A stretch of DNA of 63,547 bases, the filler included, from Rhabdomonas costata (taxonomy: Eukaryota): NCBI GenBank assembly GCA_019059605.1. It is 49 parts of 49 records of this genome, joined end to end, with 100 filler letters (N's around TTAATTAATTAA, not from the genome) between each part and the next. Parts side by side here need not be neighbours in the genome. Positions count along the whole stretch, not along the records: positions 1 to 1,200 come from JAHMHO010023903.1; positions 1,301 to 2,500 come from JAHMHO010023904.1; positions 2,601 to 3,799 come from JAHMHO010023905.1; positions 3,900 to 5,098 come from JAHMHO010023906.1; positions 5,199 to 6,399 come from JAHMHO010023907.1; positions 6,500 to 7,698 come from JAHMHO010023908.1; positions 7,799 to 8,998 come from JAHMHO010023909.1; positions 9,099 to 10,295 come from JAHMHO010023910.1; 41 more parts are not named here. One strand, written 5' to 3'. Each line of letters opens with the position of its first letter. Position 1 is the first letter of the stretch. The notes beneath the pieces are model-generated. The model saw nothing but the letters and a program-made list of their open reading frames with translations. It made no database searches and was not told the DNA's origin. Positions 1 through 11,980 of this stretch are shown piece by piece. The translations under genes were made by a program, and so were the position numbers.

Positions 1-1020
1 GGGGTTTTGATCTCACCAAATTTTCGTCCGACGCAGCTGCAGCTCTTTCCAATGCTGTATGAATGTGTGAAGGGGGGAAAGGCGCGGGATGGCGCGGACG
101 CATTGATGTTCTGCGACTCGGTCTTACATTCGCGTACATTGAAGGGCACCGTTGTGGTGCCTTCCCAGTGGCGTTCACCCCCACCCCTCTCCCGGATGCG
201 TGGCCTCTTCGCAGGTTCTGGGACTGCTTGAGTCCTCAGCGGTGCACAGGGTACAGCTGGGGGACGAAGGGGAGCCCGTAACCGCCGTCGTTGTGTCTGC
301 CCTTCCGAGGTAAGCGGCCGCCCCCTCCCCTTGTGGTTGTTTGGAAGCTCAGTAATCCAATGGGACACTCCAACCAGAGTATTTGTGGGGACAAATTTTT
401 TGCTGTCTCTCATGTAACTGTGTCGCGTTTTCCTTTTTCGAAGTGGCGATATTCCCGGAACGCATTTTTCCTTCTGTCTTCGGACCGCAAAAGATGAGTC
501 ATTTTACGGGGAGGAGAGAAAGAGCGTTATCTGGAGCACTTCCGCAACTTCCCATCTTCTGGCCGTGGTGGGGTGCTGGAAGCACGGTGCTAGAATTTCA
601 TAGGACTGAGACTGTGAGCAAAGCAGAAAACCAACTTCAGGGTGACATTCCTGCGTTTTCCCTCTGCAGGTTTGGTTTCCTGACGAAGCTGTGCTGTTAT
701 TCTGCTTTTTCTTGGGAGGTGTGAAAGCCGTCCAAAAAAAGGAAGCCTGTCTCTGAACTCTTCTTCTGCTGCTGCTGCCGATCGCACCCTCCAGCGCGCC
801 TCCAGCGCGGAAGGTACGGAACAAGACCCGCTGGGGACAGTTTACAAGAAGCACAAGAATAATACTTTAACACCCTTCTGAAGTGCTAAAGCACGTTTGA
901 GTGAGACGAAAAAGCAGTCACCACAGAAGTGGAAGGTTAATGTGAACCTAAGCTCAGGTTACGACTGAACACAAGGGTGAGCTTGACTGCGGATACACGC
1001 TGTGTTTCTTCCCCCGAAAG

Positions 1021-1199
1021 GTGCCTGCGGCTGACCCGAATTAGCCTGCAGGCGCTGCAGGGCCAGCTCCTGCCCGCGCTGTCCGCGCTGCAGGGCCTTC
1101 CTCAGCTCACTGAGCTCACCCTCTCCGAGGTCGCGCTGGAGAGCCTGGACGAGGCTCAGCAACTTGGGAACGCTCTTGGCCCGCTGCTGCACAACCCCC
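1021..1199 (+). CDS. Exon of a leucine-rich-repeat-like protein (partial)
   Basis: Follows pyrimidine-rich ...cccgaaag acceptor. Translates CLRLTRISLQ...GLPQLTELTLSEVAL with LxxLxL periodicity and GC-rich third codon positions. Confidence 0.55.
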
Positions 1200-1200
1200 C

Positions 1201-1300
1201 NNNNNNNNNNNNNNNNNNNNNNNNNNNNNNNNNNNNNNNNNNNNTTAATTAATTAANNNNNNNNNNNNNNNNNNNNNNNNNNNNNNNNNNNNNNNNNNNN
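1201..1300. other. Artificial contig linker (N-run, TTAATTAATTAA, N-run); first of 48, one about every 1.3 kb
   Basis: The same 100-nt spacer with six-frame stop codons recurs between all 49 segments of about 1,200 nt. Confidence 0.99.
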
Positions 1301-1659
1301 GTGGTGGGTGTGTTTGGTGGTTGGTGGGGGACGGAAGAGTTCGGTTTCAGTTGTGCTAACATTTGCTGTATGAGAGAAGAAAGATAAGAAAAGAAAGATA
1401 AGAAGAGAATTAATAGGAGGTGCACGCGCACGCACAATTTTCAGCAAGAATATTTTGCTTAGAAGATGACAAAAAAACTCAACCTGCTTAACGTTCAAAT
1501 TGAACAAAGCGATCTGTTCAGGAAAACATCGAATTCATTAGTTTTGTTAAGTCAGCGAAGGGGCAAGCGAAAGTCGAAAACAACCACACCACACACTCCT
1601 GCTTCATGCACACAGTGGAACTATGCATAAGTCTGCGTCCGCTCACTGGCCACGCGCAG

Positions 1660-2310
1660 ATTCTGGATCGTCTCCGATGCCCTGGCGTGGATCTACAACA
1701 CCCACCTCATCAAGCACCTCGCCATGGCAGGCTTTGATGGTTGGAGCGCCTTTTTTTTTCGACGCCTGCTCCGTGGTCCCGCTAATTCAGATTCGCGCCG
1801 TTGTCTTCGAGAGGGGCAATGGAAAGGGCGAGAGCCATCTTCCTCTGATCTATCCGTTCCGCGACCTTTGGGACCGCCCCTCCGGGCTAAAATCTGCACG
1901 CTGAGTTCTGTGTCTTTTCGCTGGAACAACGTGGGGGTCTTCTCCTGCTGTGCGAGTCTCCTGCAGCTGAGCAGAGGAAAAGGGGAATTCCGATCGCTCG
2001 CTCATTGTTTTTCTTTTGGAACGGGTCACCACCTGAGGTTTGTTAGGAGGGGTACTTTCGGGAAGGGCAGGCGCTGTTGCCATACATATACCTTACACCG
2101 CCGCTGCGCGCTGCCACGCCCTTCCCTCCTCGCGCTAGACGCTGGGCTGCACGTTGTGGCCCACTTGGGGTGGGTCGGTTCAGGCCGGATGAGCCCAGCG
2201 GACATGAAGAAGCTGCAGCAGTACTGCAACACGACCACGCTGGAGGCGCGCCAGGAGCTGTACCACGCCGGGGATCTCGTGGACTCGTTCTTCCTGATCC
2301 GAGACGGCCG
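1660..2310 (+). CDS. cNMP-binding-domain protein, two exons (1660-1739, 2184-2310); possibly SulP/SLC26 STAS-cNMP type
   Basis: A GT-AG phase-1 join gives FWIVSDALAWIYNTHLIKHLAMAGFDGRMSPADMKKLQQYCNTTTLEARQELYHAGDLVDSFFLIRDG. LYHAGD..DSFFLIRDG fits the cNMP signature; DALAW resembles the STAS C-terminus. Confidence 0.7.
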
Positions 2311-2929
2311 GTGTGTTTGCGTGCGTGCTGTGCTCGCTGTGCGGATGTGCATTGGCAGATACGTCTGCTTTTGGGCGCATTTGTAATGTCCTGTGCTGGT
2401 CTGTGTTTTGCGGTGGGTGCGGTTCCAGCCCTTTCTCTCCAGCACAGGACATTACAAATGCGCCCAAAAGCAGACGTATCTGCCAATGCACACCCACACA
2501 NNNNNNNNNNNNNNNNNNNNNNNNNNNNNNNNNNNNNNNNNNNNTTAATTAATTAANNNNNNNNNNNNNNNNNNNNNNNNNNNNNNNNNNNNNNNNNNNN
2601 TGGGTGGGGGGTGGGGGGGGGGAAGCAAGGCTGTTTGCTTTCGTGCAATCCCTGGCCCTGCCGTCGAGTTTTTGGTTGTATCATCGGGTTCGCTCAATCG
2701 ATTACAGACCTCGACCGCGATTACAGACCTCCTTTCTCCTTTTTTGTTGATGACAGACCTAGGTTGCTTTGTGGCTGCCGCTGCGGTATGTTTCGTGAGG
2801 GGGCAACACAACCGGCCAAAGGTTAAAGGTCAGAAAACTCTAACCACAAGGACCGGCCAGCTTTCGGGAGGCCTGCTTAATATACAAAAGACTCCCTTCT
2901 GTTGATTCAATCTGTTTCCGTTCGCCCAG

Positions 2930-3069
2930 GAGAAGAAGGACTACGGCACCGCCGTCAGCGTGGAGGGTAGCTTCCGGGCAGGGCAGACTGTGCTGGTGGT
3001 GGAGGACGTGATCACCTCCGGGGCGAGCATCCTGGAGACCAACACGGACCTCACCGCGGCTGGGCTGCG
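2930..3069 (+). CDS. URA5: Orotate phosphoribosyltransferase exon (standalone or UMP synthase domain)
   Basis: After cccag acceptor: [37 protein letters not shown], with the KxYGT loop and the PRPP-binding [11 protein letters not shown] motif. The 3' boundary (probably CG|GC) is approximate. Confidence 0.9.
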
Positions 3070-4335
3070 GCACACCGGGGGCAACCGGCAGGCGCCCCCG
3101 CCAGGGGCCCTCGCCATGATTGCATCTCCGGGAGTTGCGGCGGCTCCGTACTACGCCGCGGTGGCTCATACCTCGAACGGGGATGTTCCGGCGAAGGTCA
3201 GGGGAACCACCTGCTGGTTCTTCGACCTGGACGCAGGGCGGGAGCTCAGTGCTGAGGCCTTCTCATGGCTCTGCGTTGGGCCCTATCCCATGGTCAGTGT
3301 GGCGTTGCGTATACATTTGCAGAGCTCGGACTGTCACTGAAAGGCCGAAGGGCCTTCCCTTCAACTCGAAGGAAAGGGCTTCCCAGGGGGCCCTTATGAA
3401 TTTATTGCTTGCATGTTGTGTTTCGTGCGTCCCTGTGCAGAACAAATATCTGTAAATTCGGTTTTATTTCACTTCCCAATACGTTTCTTTACGTGTGTGC
3501 TAAAGGAATCTATTTTCGGTGCATTTGCTGCCCTTTTCGACTTTCTAGCCAAGTAATGCTCTTGAGAGGATTGATCCGACTGGAATGTTGTGTTCGAGGA
3601 GGTGGGACGTCTGCTCAGATATCGGAAGCGGAAGCCTCGGCTGACGCTTCCTCCGCGGCCCTGGGCTCAGATCCTGCTCCGTCGCGACAAGGTACTGCGG
3701 AACCCCTCTTCCCTCCGGTTCCATCAGAAGTCCAGTTTCCCCAGTAGTCAAGCAACGGTAGTCATTTCCTGCAGCGCCCAGTGGATTCACACAACCCCCN
3801 NNNNNNNNNNNNNNNNNNNNNNNNNNNNNNNNNNNNNNNNNNNTTAATTAATTAANNNNNNNNNNNNNNNNNNNNNNNNNNNNNNNNNNNNNNNNNNNNG
3901 TGATTGTTACCCCAATTGTCTTGGAACTCCTTCAAATGGCACATCTTTTACAGTTTTTTGCTTGACTCGTTTTGCGCGCAACTTCAACTTCGAATACACG
4001 TAAAATAGTGGGAGAGCGAAAGCAGCTGTGCTCCGCGGCACAAGACATCCAGACTGAACCTATACTGTAGGTATGACGTGCCCTCACACTAACTCTGACA
4101 TACCTACAAATTCTAACCCCCAGCACACCTGCACGTCCAAGTTCCTGTAAAGTCTTCGTAGCACCCGTTCGAAAGAGCGCACTGCGCCGCCTCGCGTGAG
4201 TGAGCCAATACCTGACCTACAAATTACCTAATAAATCATCGCGTTGCAAAAAAAAAATAATAGCGGCAGAGAGAAACAGGGTGTTGGAGAAGAGAGCGGG
4301 TGTTTGTGTGCGTGTGTGTGTGTGGGGGGGTGCAC

Positions 4336-4578
4336 CTTGATCTGCACAAGGGCGATCTTCTCGTCCTGATGCTTACGGGAGCGCTTGTAGCCGGTGAAGA
4401 TCCCGGGCTGGAACAGCCTGACGTTGTCCCGCACCCCGGAGCGCCTCTGGCGGAACATTCTCTTCAGGCGCTGGTGCTTGTCCTTGTAGTGCCCCCGGTA
4501 GGTCTTCTCCTTCTTCTCCGTCTTCGCGGGGGCCGCATCGGCAGCAGGCGGGCTAGCAGCGGGCTTGGCTTCGGCCAT
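4336..4578 (-). CDS. RPL35A: 60S ribosomal protein eL33 (L35a), first coding exon with N-terminal extension
   Basis: ATG at 4578. RLFQPGIFTGYKRSRKHQDEKIALVQIK matches the L35Ae RLxxxGxFxGYKRSxxxQ motif. Ends at an AAG|GT donor. Confidence 0.88.
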
Positions 4579-5801
4579 TTTGTGGGCAGTAGCAGAAAAG
4601 ACAAAAGAGCCTGCTTGCCACGTAAACCAAACGGCAGGTGGACAAAAACCATCCTTGTCATGCTCATTATGACACACACCAACATCTCAGCGATAACACA
4701 GGTTAACATAGGTTACATTGGCGTTGCCGCGTATGGAACAACAGGGTGGTGGTGCATGGGGTTGTGAGGTTAAGAGGCATGGCGAAATAACCCAATGCAC
4801 TGCTGTTTCTGCACCACGCACCACTTGATCGACGTGACTGGCATCTGTCGCAAGCAGACAAGTCAAGTTTCCGCATTATGGAAAAAAACAAGCACGGGCC
4901 TCCCAGAAAGCACCCCAAAAAGGGCCAGACGCCTGCGGAAACAAGTGCTTGCTCGCACAGCAAGTCTCTTCTTTGACAAGGCGTCGAAGTTATTCACAGC
5001 TCCAGCCGATGGCCCGACAGGAAGCACACACAGTCGTGCAAAAAGTTGGCAGCACAACAAAACCAAAACAAAGCGCTTCTTGGCTTGTCACCCCCACCNN
5101 NNNNNNNNNNNNNNNNNNNNNNNNNNNNNNNNNNNNNNNNNNTTAATTAATTAANNNNNNNNNNNNNNNNNNNNNNNNNNNNNNNNNNNNNNNNNNNNTG
5201 TTGGGTGTGTGGGGGGGGTAAAGTTCAATGTTCAACGTGGGGGCTTACAAGTTCAACTTAATCCAAAGGCGGCCAAAGGTCACAGTTCAATGCGGTCTGT
5301 GTGGGACGACAGCCCCAAAAAATACGCACAGCATATTTTCCACTAAATTGGCAGTACTTTCAAAGTTCATTAAGACCAGTGCCAAAGTTCAACATCCACC
5401 ACTGCACCGGAAGAGAATGGGCCACACGTTCCATTCTCACTAAGGCAGCCAGCTTTTGTGGAGACACACAAATATTCACTCGGTAGCTCTTCTTGAGTGG
5501 AGCATGTGTGCCACACCCATATAGTGCTGCATTTTAACGGGCAGTGCTCCTATCCCCCAAGTCCAACTCCGCACCCCAACAGCAGTCGGGCACGCACCTC
5601 AGACGGCTCCATTCCTGGTAGAGTACCGTTGACCTTCGCCAACTACACCAGTAGGCCAACCAAGGACCTCACATACTTAAACATGCGCAGCGACAAAAAC
5701 ATCCATGAACGTTCGTCCCATTAGAGTTAGAGCCCTGCCAGAGGAGATTATATAAAGAATTGGGGCCGCCTCTTTTTGTTGAAAGCCACCGTCCAAAGAT
5801 T

Positions 5802-5826
5802 GTGTGTGTGTGTGTGTGTGTGTGTG
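5802..5826. repeat. (TG)n microsatellite; similar tracts near 20373, 25555 and 48641
   Basis: Dinucleotide runs visible directly. Confidence 0.95.
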
Positions 5827-7501
5827 AAGACGGTCAGCGTGCATAAGAAAACCTACCCCACAATCTACCCTTTCAGGGCGCAGGGCCCTGAAAGGCCTGG
5901 TTTGTAGCACAGCTCGACAACTCAATGATCCCAAGCAAAGCAAAGTCTCAACGAAAGCCAAAAACTAAAGATCGTATTTTCCAAAACAGATTGTCATGCT
6001 TACAGCTACCGTGTCATCGTCAAATTTACCCACCCTCCGGCATTGCGCTCTCGTGTTCACAAGAAGTGGCAGGCTCACAAAATATAAGGTCCTTCGGTGC
6101 TGAGGCTGAAATAATGGAAAAGGCGGGCGTGGACTCGCGTGACATTGGAGAAATGGGAGAGATCAGGTGTTGGGGGCCTCGTCGGTGAAAAGAAGACATG
6201 CCCTTCTGAAGAATACCCCCCCTCCCATCCTTGGAGTCTCAGTCCCATCTACTATCGATTCATCTTGGTTGCCTTACTTTTGAAAAGAGTGAAGGCAACA
6301 AAGCTTACTGTACAACAAAACAATAGTACAATGGGACCGCCAGAATCACACCATCTTCTAAAGCCCTTCTACGTCTGCCGCAGGGTTGTCCCAAGCGCTN
6401 NNNNNNNNNNNNNNNNNNNNNNNNNNNNNNNNNNNNNNNNNNNTTAATTAATTAANNNNNNNNNNNNNNNNNNNNNNNNNNNNNNNNNNNNNNNNNNNNA
6501 GGTTCAGGTTGTGGGTTGTGGGCATGGGGGCTTCGGGTTCGGGTTTCCAGGATTCACTCGCAAGTGCCTGTGATTCTCCTCGGGAAATCGCGAATGGTAT
6601 GCTCTTTGGCTCTTGGAAAGGAAAGTAGAAACTTTGAGCTGCTCAAGAGACTCTGAGAGTTCTTCACACGCTTTTGCAGCTTTGGCAGAGCAGGGTAACA
6701 TAGATGCCCTTACTTATTTTACTAACTTCTTTGCTTGAATCGGTTTGAATTTTTTCCCAGCTACGGCATGGACTTTGGTTTTTTGGTTTCCCCCCCCCCT
6801 GCTCCGGGTTCGCAGACATTTGGGAATGCCTCTGGCCACCCCACGCTGCTGGAGAAGTCCTGGCTCAGGCCCCTGTATGCGTGCGGCCTGCGCCTCACCG
6901 GAAGCTGGAGCAGGAATGTGCGCGGAAAATGGATTCGGAGAAACTCCTCGCCCCTGGAAGTGCCGGAGGAGGTCACACTTTTGGGTTTTCCCTCTTCCCG
7001 TTTCCCGCGCGTTGATTGCTGAAAAAAGGCTGCGATGATTTGGTTTGTTTCGACATTGTCCCCGTGGAATCCTGCGTGCACTACACTCTGGATTCACGGT
7101 GATAAGTTTGCGAAGAGATGAAAAGTTAACCCCATATAATGTTCCTCCTGGTTTGTTTTGTTAAGCTTGCGGTTGCATCCACTGTGATATACTCGCACTA
7201 TAAAAATGTGTCAATCTTTTCTTGGCAGCCAGATACAACAATTGGGCATGACGATGGATTTGAACTGGCCCCTGTTTATGGCATTTAAAAAACACTGCCC
7301 ATTACGTAATGTCGTAATTTGGCGTTGCACGGCTGCAGCATTTTAGAAAATAACCCTAATTTACAGAGACGAGAGAGAGAGAGGCTTGCGGGCTGCGCTG
7401 TCCATCACACAACCTCAACGAGGGGAAGAGAGGACCCTTGTTTCCCCTTAATCGAGAGTTTATCCGGACCCGAGCTCCCGCGCCAACACTCGTTTCCACA
7501 T

Positions 7502-7539
7502 TCCTCACCTAAAGAGAGGGTCCTCACCTAAAGAGAGGG
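7502..7539. repeat. 19-bp direct tandem duplication
   Basis: TCCTCACCTAAAGAGAGGG occurs twice in succession. Confidence 0.9.
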
Positions 7540-7858
7540 AGGAAAGGAGAAGTCTCAGGACAGGTCCAAAGACAAAGACCCGCCAAATAAGAAGAGCCAC
7601 CGCCTGGGGGCACCCGCGGCATTTCATGGGGTGACGAGATTTGTGAATGCGGAAAAGGTTGCAGGCATGCCTTCGCCCTGATTGGATAACCCAAACCCNN
7701 NNNNNNNNNNNNNNNNNNNNNNNNNNNNNNNNNNNNNNNNNNTTAATTAATTAANNNNNNNNNNNNNNNNNNNNNNNNNNNNNNNNNNNNNNNNNNNNGG
7801 GTTGTTGGAGACCATTCCAAACGGTGCGTAAACAAATCCACAGTCCCATCCACAGGTC

Positions 7859-8785
7859 GTGGTTTCTGCAGTGGGGGTGGAAGAGGTTGTTCCAACCAAG
7901 CAAGACCAGCGAGCCATTGCTAGGGCTCAGGAGCCTAAGTGGAAGGTCAAAAGAAAGTTGCGAGATTCGCCTCGAAAGGGGTTAGAAAAGTTGATCAAAG
8001 AGGTGTACCACAGTATTTGTGGCCCCACTTGTGCGGTGTTACCAACACCTCCAGAGATTCAGAGGCTCAATCAAGAATTTGCGCACATCTTTACAGCTTC
8101 AGTTCCCGGAGGGTTACCCCCTTCAAGGAGGACGGACCGCAGGATTGATTTGAAGCCGGACATTAAGGTACCAGCGCAGAGGCTGTACCGAATATCCCCG
8201 GAGGAAGATGAGGAATTGCGGAAGCAACTGAAGAGTCTCCAGGAGCTTGGTTTTATAGAGCCAGCAACTTTGCCTTAGGCCAACGGTAAGTTGCGGCTGT
8301 GTGTTGATTACAGACCGCCTAATGCGATCTCTGTTACAGATGCGTACCATTTACCCAGAATTGACGAGATGATTGATCACGCGGGAAAGGCGAAGTGGTT
8401 CTCGAATCTGGATTTGCATGCGGGATTCCAGAATATTCGCATTCATGCAGAGCATGTGGAGAGGACTGTATTCAAGACAAAGTACGGTTCGTTTCAATTC
8501 AGAGTCATGCCCTTTGGGTTGTGCAATGCCCCAGCCACGTTCCAGAGAACAATGGATTTCATTTTAGAGGACTTGAGAGAGACGACAGGGGCGTATGCGG
8601 ATGACATTTTGGTCCACACGGATACTTTGGACGCCCATGTGGAGGCTTTGGGGGTGTTGTACCAGAGGTTGGATAGAGAGAAGCTGTATGCTAATCCAGA
8701 GAAGTGCATGTTCGCCAAACCAGAGATGGAGTATTGTGGATTTATTGTGGGGAGAAATGGGATCAGGTCCCAGCCCATCTCCTAG
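7859..8785 (+). mobile_element. Degenerate Ty3/gypsy LTR retrotransposon pol (reverse transcriptase) fragment
   Basis: Motifs LPPSR, LRLCVDYR, LPRIDEM, FSNLDLHAGF, VMPFGLCNAPATFQR, YADDIL and KCMF. In-frame TAG at 8276-8278 where the usual SPW/ASPVxxVxK segment is missing; similarity stops before RNase H. Confidence 0.95.
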
Positions 8786-11759
8786 AGAGGAAGGCCGCGG
8801 AAACAAGAGAAGATTGGAGAGCAATCCATCCACATAGTGCGAGTAGAGATTTACGGTTGATCAATCCACACAGGGGATTAGTAGGGGAAAGGAAAAGTGC
8901 GGCCGCGGGCTCAAGAGCAGCGCAGAGAACGCGAGGAGACCCATGCGACCTAACCGCGAATCCTGAGCACAGAGGCACAGAATTCCCCCCCCCACACCNN
9001 NNNNNNNNNNNNNNNNNNNNNNNNNNNNNNNNNNNNNNNNNNTTAATTAATTAANNNNNNNNNNNNNNNNNNNNNNNNNNNNNNNNNNNNNNNNNNNNAA
9101 AAGCAGTGGGTACGGCGTGGGTCCGCCATGGGTTTTTTTGGGGGTTGGTGGGGTCGAAAAAAATTGTCCAACAAGAAGCAGAAGAAACAGAGGCATACCC
9201 GGTAAAGGAAAGAAAAGGGAGACGAAATGAGGAAAGCCGGATTTTCGGCAAAGTGGTCGGAAGGAAGGAGCCCGAAAACCACAAGACTTGCAGGAATGTG
9301 GTAGAGAATAGACGGATGTGCTAAAGGGGAAAAGTTTTCTAAGGGAACCGGCGCATTGGTGGGAAAGAAGGGAAAAGCACGACAGGGGTGCGACCGGGCC
9401 GATGTGACGACGAGGTGGGAAATCATTAGATGGATGCTGACAGACCCGGTGCGAAAAATCAGAAAATCGAAAGAAAAAGAAAAAGAAAAAACTAGGAAGC
9501 TATGGGAGATCTCTCACAACAAACCGGTGGAACCAGGAACAGGTGTAAACGTGCGATGGGGGTTGAACTCGGCCGAACGGGGAAATCAGTCGGGATTGAT
9601 GATGGGTCCCGCTTGGACCTCCCGCAGGAGAGGTAGGAAAGGTCGGTGGTTAGTCGAGTGAGGTAACGCAGTCGAAAGATCTTCGCGCAGGAAGTTGGTC
9701 AGAAGAGTGTCGGTGTTGAACATGTCCTTGGCGGCCGGTGCTGATCGATCGAGGGAAGTTCGTTCAAGGTAAGGTCGGCGCCCAGGTTGCTGATGTGGTC
9801 TTCGGGGCTTCGGCCGTCCGTCGTGGGAGGGTTCACCTTGTGCTGGATCTTTTTGAGGGAACATCTGGGTGGCGGGTTCGACAGTTGGTGTCCGAGTCCA
9901 TGTTGACGGAAGCCAGGACGAAAAAGGGGGCCACCATCTCGACGTTCAAGGCGCGGCGTTGTTCGAGAAGTTCCGGTGGTCTAGCCCAAAAAACTCAAAA
10001 AAAAAAAATCCGGAATGAACATGTGCAAGTGCATTGTGCCGAGAAAAAAGGGGGGACCTGGTGGGCCTCGCGGGGGCCCGGCGGGGTAGATGCGGTGTCG
10101 AAGGAGTCGGTCAGATTGGGCTTTGGCGACACCCGTCGCGGCTTCCGGGGTTCGGCGTTGACCGCTCCGTTGTCGGGGTTGTCGGAAGTGGCATTAAAGA
10201 TGCCTTTAAATTTCCGCTGTGTCTGCGTGCCCCAAGCCTGGCATTCCCGAAGCCTTGGTATTCCCAAAGGAAGTCCGAAAGTTCTCAAAAACACANNNNN
10301 NNNNNNNNNNNNNNNNNNNNNNNNNNNNNNNNNNNNNNNTTAATTAATTAANNNNNNNNNNNNNNNNNNNNNNNNNNNNNNNNNNNNNNNNNNNNGTGTG
10401 TGTGGGCACTATCGGCGATTCCACTGACAGGCAGAGAACTTACCAGGATAGGGAGGCGGGCTGTGGTGTACACTGTGAGAAGCCTCATACTCACTTTTTG
10501 TCAAAAATGAGCTTCCGACAAAGAAAACGCTTGTTCACCAGTCAGGCAGCTCAAGTGTACATGAGAAAGTACAGTTCATGTGTTTACAATACCGCGCCCA
10601 CTCTCACAACTACTCGGAAAAACATTGCGTTCAACAAAGGAGCGTAGCCAAACCCTCGCTGAAAAGGCCTCTCTGGTTTATTCCCCGGGACCACCATGGC
10701 GAGGCGCGGCGCGCAGAAGCTAGCCTTGTACGCAAACCCTGGGCGCCTGCTTGGGTAGGCTGTGCTGGGTTAGAGGTGCTTTTGTGAAGAGTTTACGCGC
10801 CCTTTCCCTATCTTTCAGCACTGTACTCACATACAACCTTGTGCGGGTGAAGCACATTCGGATGTTTTCGATCATTTCTGCGCCACATTGTTTATTTTAA
10901 CCTTCTTTAGGTGCCTCGCCCAACCCTTGGGCGTCTCCACGACAGGGGCCTTGAGTCAGGGGGGACCTGCGACACTAAAACCTTCCCTCCTGGGCTCCTG
11001 GACTCGCTCGACTGCTGCAGGCAAACCTCTCATTCGAATGAATCAAAGAGCAACAAACGAGAAAAAAAGAAACAGCGGCTGTATCCCTTTGAGCAGAGGT
11101 GCAATCCAGGTAAAAAAAACTAGGCGTGACTTGGGAGCAAGGGAAACGTCCACAGGTCTTCACTGGCCCCAAGTCCAAACCATCGGCCAGAATACCAAAT
11201 ACGACAGTACCAAAGAATACCAAAGGCGTAGGGGCATTATGTGACCCCCCCCCCAGCGTAAATTTACGTTTACAGTGCATTTTACAGACGGTAACCCCCC
11301 CCCCCATCCAAGTGCATGTGCATCGCTCTCCCCTGCCGAGAGGTGGAGAGGTGCAACCTCTGGGGTTCCGTAAAGTGTACTGTAAGTGTCCCCATTATTC
11401 CCCAGTGCAAACATTCACAAGTGGCAAACGTTCACAAGATCTTGGTTGCTGCTCTTTTCTATATCCAGCCGTCTTCTCTCCTTTTCTGCTCCTTCACAGC
11501 TCCGCAACAACAAGAAAACAAATGCCGTGCCTCATTGTCGTTCTGCGGTTCAACCCCCCAGCCATTCGGATTATGGGCACCCAGCTTCGTGAAGNNNNNN
11601 NNNNNNNNNNNNNNNNNNNNNNNNNNNNNNNNNNNNNNTTAATTAATTAANNNNNNNNNNNNNNNNNNNNNNNNNNNNNNNNNNNNNNNNNNNNGTGTTG
11701 GGTGTGGTTGGGTGTTTTTTTGAGTGAGTATTTAAGTTAGCGTGGGTGTTTAATTCGTG

Positions 11760-11980
11760 TTTTAAGGCCTTAGGTATCCGGTGTTCATGCGTTTGGTATT
11801 CGGGTTCTGGATTCGTGGTTCCTCTTCGGATGTTGGGGTTGGGGTTTGGATTCTGGGGTTTGGGTTTAGCCTTCTGGGTTCTGGGTTCATGCGTTGTGTA
11901 AGTGCTTGCAAGTCGGGGGTTTGAGTGTGTTGCGTCTTTGGGTTCGGGGTTCGGTCTTTGGGTTTGTGTTTCGGTTTCAA
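11760..11980. repeat. Low-complexity tract of degenerate GGGTT(T/C) units
   Basis: Many GGGTTT, GGGTTC and GGGGTT units with irregular spacing; reads NPNPNP on the minus strand. Confidence 0.6.

Noticed and set aside
1245..1256. TTAATTAATTAA recurring about every 1.3 kb as a biological repeat or CRISPR-like array
   Set aside because: It is always embedded in N-runs and is a synthetic six-frame-stop linker. ORFs ending in X-runs or LIN are artefacts of it.
9586..10294. Minus-strand ORFs as retroelement gag/ORF1
   Set aside because: No zinc knuckle or other element motif; more likely exons of a disordered host protein, and unassignable.
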